Below are positions 1 through 7,156 of a DNA stretch of 64,000 nucleotides, one piece after another. A model generated the notes under the pieces. The model worked only from the letters and a program-made list of their open reading frames with translations. It was not told the origin of the DNA and ran no database searches. The stretch is from an uncultured Cyanobium sp. Its GTDB lineage: Bacteria; Cyanobacteriota; Cyanobacteriia; PCC-6307; Cyanobiaceae. The stretch is from positions 5,100 to 69,099 of the forward strand of contig CAYOCW010000001.1 of assembly GCA_964402615.1 (NCBI GenBank), given 5' to 3'. The translations under genes were made by a program, and so were the position numbers. Numbering within the stretch: the stretch's first letter is position 1; each line of letters opens with the position of its first letter.

Positions 1-56
1 TCCTTGGCGAGGCCGCGGCTGCCCTCCATCCATCAACTCTTCCATTCAACCTTCCA

Positions 57-842
57 ATGACCGCTACACCGTCCTGTCTGGCCCGGCGTCGGACCGCCGC
101 GATCCGTGAACGGAACCGCCGGGTCGTCGAACACCGCCATCTGGTGGCCCCAGTTGCCAGTCATTACGCTCGTTTCAGCCTGGAGCCGGTCGACGACCTC
201 ACCCAGGCGGGGCTGCTGGGCTTAATCCGAGCCGCGGAGCTCTACAACAGTACCCAGGGCACCCCGTTCGAGGCGTTTGCGAAACCCCATATTCGCGGGG
301 CCATCCTTCACCACCTCCGGGATCTCGCCCCGATGGTGCGGTTGCCACGCCGCCAGGCGGAACTTCAGGATCGGCTCAGCCAACTGCAAAAACGGCTGGA
401 AGCCACCCCCTCGGCCCACTGCGGCTCCGGAGGTGGTTCCCAACAGCCGATCTGGGAGGCCCTGGGCGTGGATGAACCGACTTGGCGCAACCTGCTGCAG
501 CTGCGTCAATTCCGCAGCCCGATGACGTGCGAGGCGGCCTGGCTAGAGCAGTTTCCCGCCGCGACGGCCGACCTCGGCGAAGCGGAGTCGCAATCCACGC
601 TGGAGGCGCTGCTGACGCTGCTGGAGCCCCGCCAACGGCAAGTGGTGTGCCAGGTGGTGCTCGAAGGCGCCAGCTACCGCCAACTCGGCCGGCAACTGCA
701 GCTGAGTCCCATGACCGTGCAACGGCTGCTTCACCGTGGCCTGGCGCGATTGCGGCAGGAGATTAAGGCCGGCTGCCTCACTCAGCCACGCCAGCGCCAT
801 CCAGGGGTTTGTCGCGCTGCATCTGCCGCTCCAGCGTGCTGA
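57..842 (+). CDS. sigF: RNA polymerase sigma factor, group 3 (SigF-like)
   Basis: Region 2 motif DDLTQAGLLGLIRAAELY...FEAFAKPHIRGAILHHLRD...VRLPR and region 4 HTH (SYRQLGRQLQLSPMTVQRLLHRGL). Confidence 0.85.
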   Translation: MTATPSCLARRRTAAIRERNRRVVEHRHLVAPVASHYARFSLEPVDDLTQAGLLGLIRAAELYNSTQGTPFEAFAKPHIRGAILHHLRDLAPMVRLPRRQAELQDRLSQLQKRLEATPSAHCGSGGGSQQPIWEALGVDEPTWRNLLQLRQFRSPMTCEAAWLEQFPAATADLGEAESQSTLEALLTLLEPRQRQVVCQVVLEGASYRQLGRQLQLSPMTVQRLLHRGLARLRQEIKAGCLTQPRQRHPGVCRAASAAPAC

Positions 843-978
843 TCGCGGCGTTCAACGCCGCCAGCTGGCGCTCCGCGCCATCCCTCCAGAAGGTGAGCAT
901 CCGCAGTTTGCGCTCCTGGTGATGACGCAGGCGTTCAGTGGCGTCAGCACCGTTGCAGCAGCTGAAGGGGGGAAGCAT
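778..978 (-). CDS. small coiled-coil hypothetical protein
   Basis: 66 aa, ERKLRMLTFWRDGAERQLAALNAAISTLERQM amphipathic helix resembling a small cyanobacterial conserved protein (recollection); ATG start; overlaps the sigF 3' end. Confidence 0.65.
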   Translation of the reverse strand: MLPPFSCCNGADATERLRHHQERKLRMLTFWRDGAERQLAALNAAISTLERQMQRDKPLDGAGVAE

Positions 979-1057
979 GGGACACTAGGCCAATACCCCC
1001 TGTTTCTAGCGACCGTGCCAGTCCCTCGGTGACCCGTGATGGCCAACCCCAGCAGGG

Positions 1058-2815
1058 TTGGCCATCCAAGCGGGGAATGCGCTACAAGAGCTGCCTCAGC
1101 CACGGCTGATCGCCCCACCACCACCACCCCACCAACCCGACGTCCGCCACAGATCTGGTTTGAACGAAGCGCGTCCCGCTGGTCCCATCCGGCCCTTTCT
1201 GATTGGCGTCTCAGTTCTGGCCATCTGCCAGACGCCACCGGCTGTAGCGGGTTTCGTGGCTCTCATGGCCGGGCAGCTGGCTCGGCCCCTGAACGGCAGC
1301 TTCAACAATGTGCCGGTCCTGCATTCGAACCAGCCCGAGGAGGTAGAGGGCCCGGGCATTTTGATCAATACCGCTCCTGGCTCCGCCTATTCGGATGAAA
1401 CGGGTCAAACAATTGGGAACGCTGAGTATACCTTCCAAGGCGACTTTGGCCTTCATATTCATCACAAGTATTTTCCTCCTTACCGCAATAGGATTGCCGC
1501 CAATCAACGCCGCTCTGAGCTCAATCTGGCGGCAGTGCTGATCAACCCTGGGATGGTGCCGGTTCACATCCGCTTTCGCTCCGGCGCTGTTCGCAACAGC
1601 TTCGAAGCGCCCTACTTGGCCAACAACCTGATGGGCGTCAAACCCTTGGGTGTCCGCCCCTGGAACACGGGTCCAGGAGACGCCACCGCGGTACAGATGT
1701 TGCGCGGCAGGCTCGACTCGCGATTGACAGATGAAATCACCATCCCTCCACGCAGTCGGATCGTTCTCTTCAACACCCCCTTACCGGCGCTCGGCATCGC
1801 CAATGCACTGCTCAAAGGATCGAGTGATGGGCCGTTTCAGATTGCTGTCGTTGCCGTCCGGGAACCGGAGAGTGATGCCGATGTCATCGCCGTTCTGGAT
1901 TCAGGTCGTTTGGCACCGGGGCGCATCTATCTCAAGCGCACGGCGGACATCAAGTCGCGGCGGGTGTTTTCACGGGTTGGTGGTGTCGCGCTCGGAGATG
2001 CCTACAACGCTTCCATCCAGCATGATCTCGATCGGCAGGGTCCCTTGCATGTGCCCCTGACCAGCACCCATCGAACTCACTTTGGAACGCGCGACGTCCA
2101 GGTCAATCCCTTGGCGTCGCGCATGGTCGATTCCTCTCTGGATAATGTTGGCACCTATGGCGTGCGCTTCGATGTTGACCTGAACCTGAACGGTAGCGGC
2201 CCCTACGAACTGGTGCTCAGTCATCCTGCACCCAATGGCGGCCGTGATTTCACGGCGTTTCGGGGCTCGATCCAGATCCAGACCCCGGATGGACTGCAAG
2301 AGGTGCATGTGGGCTTGCGCTCCAGCCAAAGCCTGGCGCTGACGTCACTGATGTTGAGGCCAGGGGTCAACAATCCCGTCCGGGTCAGTTTGGTTTATCC
2401 CGCGGATGCCACCCCCGGTCATCTGCTGAGCGTCGTCAGTGCCAGTCAGCTCGCCAGGGTTCAGGAACGGGAACGGCAGCTGGAGCTGGCGCGGGCCGCC
2501 GCCGCCAATCAACCACCACGCAGTGCTCCACCCCCTCCCGTTGGTGGAACTCTTGCCGAAATTACGCCACCACCACCCGTGTTGCGGCCACCGGCGGCCT
2601 GGGCGCCGGCACGATCCACCCCGCCCCACCACGGAGCAGCACCTCCATCCAGCTGGGAAGGAGCGCCGCCCGAACTGCCCGCCATCAATCAAAAGCTTCC
2701 GCTGCCAGAGTCCGACATGGGCCCACTGGCCGGTCAAGCGGCGGGGCTGGACGAGCGATACCGCCAAGCGGTCGAAGCCCAAGAGAAGCTCCTGAGAAAG
2801 TTCCACCTGCCATGA
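1058..2815 (+). CDS. DUF3370-family protein with Pro-rich C-terminal tail; start uncertain
   Basis: RPLNGSFNNVPVLHSNQPE, GPGILINT, NVGTYGVRFDV and SLVYPADATPGH motifs typical of this cyanobacterial family. Confidence 0.75.
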   Translation: MAIQAGNALQELPQPRLIAPPPPPHQPDVRHRSGLNEARPAGPIRPFLIGVSVLAICQTPPAVAGFVALMAGQLARPLNGSFNNVPVLHSNQPEEVEGPGILINTAPGSAYSDETGQTIGNAEYTFQGDFGLHIHHKYFPPYRNRIAANQRRSELNLAAVLINPGMVPVHIRFRSGAVRNSFEAPYLANNLMGVKPLGVRPWNTGPGDATAVQMLRGRLDSRLTDEITIPPRSRIVLFNTPLPALGIANALLKGSSDGPFQIAVVAVREPESDADVIAVLDSGRLAPGRIYLKRTADIKSRRVFSRVGGVALGDAYNASIQHDLDRQGPLHVPLTSTHRTHFGTRDVQVNPLASRMVDSSLDNVGTYGVRFDVDLNLNGSGPYELVLSHPAPNGGRDFTAFRGSIQIQTPDGLQEVHVGLRSSQSLALTSLMLRPGVNNPVRVSLVYPADATPGHLLSVVSASQLARVQERERQLELARAAAANQPPRSAPPPPVGGTLAEITPPPPVLRPPAAWAPARSTPPHHGAAPPSSWEGAPPELPAINQKLPLPESDMGPLAGQAAGLDERYRQAVEAQEKLLRKFHLP

Positions 2816-2874
2816 TCGCCGCGCTGCTGTCCCGTCGCTTTGCGCTGAGGTGACCATCCGCACACCTTGGAGCC

Positions 2875-3748
2875 ATGATTGAATCGCCAGAGGAGCGTCG
2901 GCGCATTCAGCTCTATCTCAAGGCCAGCTTGCTTGAGCAGGTCGATGGCCTCAACAAGGAATGGGGCAGCCGCAATCGCGGCGAGGTGTTCGAGCGGCTG
3001 CTGGCAGCACGATACGGCCCCGGCAGATCCGTCCCCAGCTGAACAGCCCTCGCGTCGGCGTGGTGGCATCGACTTGCCAGGATTCGTGCAGCGAAACACC
3101 CAGCAACTACGGCGTAGCTTCCGGAGCGACGCCGCGACGGAACCAGGCATCGCCAGCGTGCCCACCATCCCGATGGATCTGCTGCGCCAGGCCCAAGCCG
3201 AAGCTCGCCAGCACTGGTTGGGTCTCTACGGCCATGCCCCCAATGACGCTGTGCTGGAGGCGGCCATGCTCTGGCTGGCCCGTGATGTCTGGCCCCAATG
3301 CGACCAATGTGAAGGGCGCAGCTTCACCTGGTCAGCCGCCTGTCGCGCCATGGCTGAGCTGGTGCGCGACTGGGAGGACGGACCGCCCGATTTTGAGCGT
3401 GTCATCGTCATGGCCGGGGTCCTGGAAGATCCCTTCAGCATCGCGACTTTACCGGTGCGGATTCCGACGTTGATCCGCTCGTTCACGCAACGCTTCCGCC
3501 ACCGCCGCCGCAGCACCTCCTTCGCGATGCTGGAGCAAACGATGACGCTGCAAGGGGCGCTGAAAACGCTCCAAGTCCATTCCAATCCCGATCAAGGGAT
3601 CACCCTGGGGCAGATCCGTGAGGCCTATCGGGAGATGGCGCTGCAGCACCATCCGGACTCTGGCGGCTCCGTCGAGGCGATGCGGCGGATCCATGAAGCC
3701 TATCAATTGCTTAAAGAGCTCTATCGCCAACGACAAGCCGCCGACTGA
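2875..3748 (+). pseudogene. RHH-like N-terminus + C-terminal J-domain protein, split by a frameshift near 3004-3040
   Basis: ATG at 2875 reads MIESPEERRRIQLYLKASLLEQVDGLNKEWGSRNRGEVFERLL... to TGA 3040-3042. The next frame carries GGIDLPGFV...IREAYREMALQHHPDSGGSVEAMRRIHEAYQLLKE (J-domain with HPD motif). Confidence 0.7.
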
Positions 3749-4353
3749 GCCGCCGCCCCGCCTCTCCAGGTTCATCCAAAACCCGCAGTAAGACTTGTCG
3801 CAAGACCTGAATGAGACAAGCAAGTCAATTGGAGCGGCGACCGTTGGAGCGGGCTTGCGCCTGAACCGAGACAGGCCAGATTCAATGACGCAGAGCTCTT
3901 GAATGAGACTTATTTCTAGACTAAATTCAAGTCTCACTGAAGATGACTGAGCCGCAGCGCTGTGCTGGCCTGCCCCTGCGCAGCGGGGGTGACCACCGCA
4001 GAGCCCTCCGAGGCTCCCGCAGGCTGTGGCGTATCGGAGAACCGGATCAGGCTCGCCCTGCGACCACCGGGACACCGCGCAACAGGTAGCGCTTATGGCT
4101 CAACTGAGTCTCATAGTGGGCCCCGTAACAAGTCGCTAATGAGTCACAAGAGACTTCAAATTTTCCGCATTTCTGGTTGGCGCGGACTTAAGGCCCACAG
4201 CCCGCCAGCAGCCCCCTCGGCGAACCCAACGCCACATTGTTCGGGACAGGGCCGTGTCCATCGCAGCGGAACATGGACGCTGCCGTGTCCAATGGCCTCC
4301 AACACCCCCGCAGAAACCCAGTGTTTGAGCAGTTTCTGGAGCATCCCAGCCAA

Positions 4354-4384
4354 CTGCGTATCTGTGTCTTACACAGATACGCAG
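4354..4384. repeat. perfect 14-bp inverted repeat with 3-nt loop
   Basis: CTGCGTATCTGTGT-CTT-ACACAGATACGCAG. Confidence 0.9.
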
Positions 4385-4482
4385 CCACAGCGGGGCGGCA
4401 GAGGGGGGCAGATGGGCAGACTGCCGGGCCCTGGCGCCAAGGAGAAAACAGCAATCTCATAAAAGACTCATGATAAGACTAA

Positions 4483-4508
4483 TTCTGAGTCTTTTTTAAG
4501 ACTCAGAA
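4483..4508. repeat. perfect 11-bp inverted repeat with 4-nt spacer
   Basis: TTCTGAGTCTT-TTTT-AAGACTCAGAA. Confidence 0.9.
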
Positions 4509-5136
4509 ACCGTTCATGGGTCCCGATCGGCGCCTGCGCCCTGGGCGACTGGGTGGGCGACGACAGTCCGCTCGGCTGAATCCGCTCTCGCCGACGCGGG
4601 GCAGGCGCTTGAGGGCTCGGAGCCAGGGCGGCCTCGGCAACGCCAGACGGCCAAACGGCGGCCCCTCGATCATCTCGCCTCTCTCAGATGAGTTGATTTA
4701 TGAGTCTTATTTCGTGTCTCATCAAAGACATCTGTGGAGATTGGCGCTGCTTCGGGAGCCGCAGCCCGCGGGCTCCGCCTTCCGCCCCCAGCGGGCCTCG
4801 CTGGACGTCGCGAGACCTGCATCGGGCTCGCGCCTTGCGAAACCGGAGCCGCGCCATCGCCGCTGACACGGCGCAGCGCCTTGGGGCCAACCCCGGCAGG
4901 CAGCTGGTCAGGTCGCTGCGGCACTTGTCGATTCAGGCGTTGACCCGACGCACAAAGCACACCTGCAGCGGTGACCGACGACCGACGGATGAGAGGAGCG
5001 GCGCCGATCAGCTGCACAGACGCTGCTACCACTCAACCCGTCAGAACGCCCATTCAGCCAAGCCAATACCAGCCAGGCCAGGGAGGCTGACCACCAGCGC
5101 ACGGGCTGGCTCAGCGGCCCATCCCAACGCCGCCGT

Positions 5137-5631
5137 TCAGGTGGTCGTTTGCATGCCCTGGATCAGGAAGTCGAAGTAGGGGCCAGCCAAGCCTGCCTGC
5201 TCGCCATTGAGCAGGGAAATCGACGCTTCCTTCAGGGTTCGCATCGACTCCACCATGCCGGGCATGGGGACTCCGAGGCTGTTGTACATCTCGCGCGCCC
5301 CGACCAACCCGATCTGCTGGATCATTTCGGTGCTGCCGGCTAACACGCCGTAAGTGACCAGGCGTAGATACCAACTGAAATCGCGCAGGCATTGGGCCCG
5401 CTGCTTCTGCCCAAAGGCATTGCCGCCCGGTGCCACGTACTCGGGCTTGAGGGCAAACAGCTGGCGCGCCGCCTCGGAGACGATCTTCTTCTCGTTGTCG
5501 GTGAGCACCTTGACCACGGCGAGGCGCTCAGCACCACCGCTCAGAAACGCGACGATCGAGCGCAACTCCCCGCTGGAGGGATAGCGCAGCTCATCGTCGG
5601 CCTGGAGGATCAGATCGCGGACGACGCTCAT
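5137..5631 (-). CDS. apcD: allophycocyanin alpha-B subunit
   Basis: [23 protein letters not shown]...[28 protein letters not shown]; 164 aa from ATG at 5631 (the ORF-track extension is spurious). Confidence 0.9.
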   Translation of the reverse strand: MSVVRDLILQADDELRYPSSGELRSIVAFLSGGAERLAVVKVLTDNEKKIVSEAARQLFALKPEYVAPGGNAFGQKQRAQCLRDFSWYLRLVTYGVLAGSTEMIQQIGLVGAREMYNSLGVPMPGMVESMRTLKEASISLLNGEQAGLAGPYFDFLIQGMQTTT

Positions 5632-5836
5632 TGCAGCGACCAGAGACGTCGGGCATCCTATCCAGTGCCGAGGGGCAAGCCGCGCTGCCTCGGCAAGGTG
5701 TAACGCCCCTTTGCAGAGGCCGGGCCGCCGGCGCGGATGGCGGACGCAGGCCGCGCGCTGGGACCTGCCGCAACCATCGCACCGATGCCCTCGGGATCGC
5801 TGCTCGATAGGGTCGGGAGCAGCGGCGCCGATGAGG

Positions 5837-7141
5837 ATGGGCCAGGCGGAGAGCAGCGGCGGCACCACCCTGGAGCTGGGTATCGACGATCTCACCCGGG
5901 AGGGAGATGGTGTCGCCCGCCATCAAGGCCAAGTGATCTTTGTGCCCACAGCGCTGCCCGGCGATCGCGTGCGCCTGCGTCTGATCGGCAAGCGACGCCG
6001 CCAGCTGCTCGGCCGTTTGGAGGCCATCACCACCGCCTCGCCGGACCGCCGCCGCCCCCCCTGCATCCTGGCGAATCACTGCGGTGGTTGCAGCCTGCAG
6101 GCCTATCGCGACGCGGCCCAACAGGCCTGGAAGCAGTCCCACGTCGCGCAATGCTTGCAGCGCCTGGGCGGTCTGATGCCCCCCTTGCGGCCTCTTCTCG
6201 CAGCGGCGGACCCCCTCGGCTATTACCGCCGCGGCAGCCATCGGATCGTCAACATGAACCACTGTCCGGTGCTGGATCCCCGCCTGGATGCCCTGATCGC
6301 GCCCATGAAGGCCGATCTGGAGGCTGCGGGCTGGCCCGTGGATCGCCATGGCCTCGGCCTGCGCCACCTGGCCTTGCGCATCGGCCAGCGCAGCGGTGAG
6401 CTGCTGATCACCCTGATCGCCTCCGACCTCGACCTGCCCGGGCTGGCGCCCCTGGCCCAGCAATGGATGGCCCGCTGGCCCGACCTGGTGGGGGTGTGCT
6501 TGAACCGGCAACCACAGCCCGGCAACGTGCTGTTCGGTGCCGAGACCCGGGTGATCGCTGGACGCGGCTGGCTGCTGGAACGCTTCGCCGACCTTGAGCT
6601 GCGGATTGCTGCCGACACCTTCTTCCAAGTGCACACCGCCCAGGCCGAGCGGGTCGTGCCACTCCTGCGCGAGGCGCTGGGGCCGGCATCCGGGCTGCTG
6701 TTGGACGTCTACTGCGGCATCGGCACCTTCTCGCTGCCCTTGGCCGCCAACGGCTGGAGCGTGCTCGGGCTGGAGCTGCAGGCCAGCGCCATCGCCTTGG
6801 CGGATCGAAATGCGGCAGACAACGGCCTCCAGCAGCGGGCCCGCTTCCGGGTCGGTGCCGCCGCTGCCGCCCTGTCTGAGCTGTTGAGCGCTGAACCCGC
6901 CGTGACGGCCCTGCTGGTCGATCCACCCCGCAAGGGTCTGGAGCCCGCGGTGCTGGCGGCGGTGCGGAGCCAGCCGCCGCGGCGCATGGCCTATCTGAGC
7001 TGCGATCCCGCCACCTTGGCCCGGGACCTCGGCCAGCTCTGCGGACCGGAGGGCCCGTACCAAATCGACTGGATCCAACCGATCGACTTCTTCCCCAACA
7101 CCAGCCACGTCGAGTGTCTGGCGGCGCTGACGCGCCGCTGA
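5837..7141 (+). CDS. rlmD: 23S rRNA (uracil-C5)-methyltransferase, with apparent in-frame internal deletion
   Basis: TRAM domain, [13 protein letters not shown] Fe-S motif, [45 protein letters not shown]; start 5831 or 5837. Confidence 0.9.
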   Translation: MGQAESSGGTTLELGIDDLTREGDGVARHQGQVIFVPTALPGDRVRLRLIGKRRRQLLGRLEAITTASPDRRRPPCILANHCGGCSLQAYRDAAQQAWKQSHVAQCLQRLGGLMPPLRPLLAAADPLGYYRRGSHRIVNMNHCPVLDPRLDALIAPMKADLEAAGWPVDRHGLGLRHLALRIGQRSGELLITLIASDLDLPGLAPLAQQWMARWPDLVGVCLNRQPQPGNVLFGAETRVIAGRGWLLERFADLELRIAADTFFQVHTAQAERVVPLLREALGPASGLLLDVYCGIGTFSLPLAANGWSVLGLELQASAIALADRNAADNGLQQRARFRVGAAAAALSELLSAEPAVTALLVDPPRKGLEPAVLAAVRSQPPRRMAYLSCDPATLARDLGQLCGPEGPYQIDWIQPIDFFPNTSHVECLAALTRR

Positions 7142-7156
7142 CCCCGCCCGGTTGCG

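Larger units (their letters stand above)
3789..4732. repeat. five clusters of phased 9-bp TGAG[A/T]CTCA-like boxes
   Basis: Box starts: 3789/3801/3812; 3904/3916/3928; 4094/4105/4129/4140; 4451/4462/4474/4486/4497; 4678/4689/4701/4713/4724 (some degenerate). Spacing is mostly 11-12 bp. Confidence 0.75.

Noticed and set aside
4358-4372. NtcA site in the palindrome
   Set aside because: Spacing is GTA-N9-TAC rather than GTA-N8-TAC, and there is no downstream gene start.
3789-4732. CRISPR array
   Set aside because: Repeats are degenerate 9-mers 11-12 bp apart, not 23-47-bp identical repeats with unique spacers; no cas genes in the window.
3749-5136. Canonical DnaA-box oriC
   Set aside because: Only an isolated near-match was seen (TTTTCCGCA at 4161); no DnaA-box cluster and no dnaA/dnaN nearby.
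3449-5179. ORF-track ORFs within the gap (e.g. 3962-4462, 4516-4866, 4700-5179)
   Set aside because: Arg/Pro/Ser-rich, mutually overlapping, no recognisable motifs; typical GC-rich spurious frames.
5961-5968. GCGATCGC (HIP1) and frequent CGATCG sites
   Set aside because: Well-known dispersed cyanobacterial palindrome; not clustered or novel.
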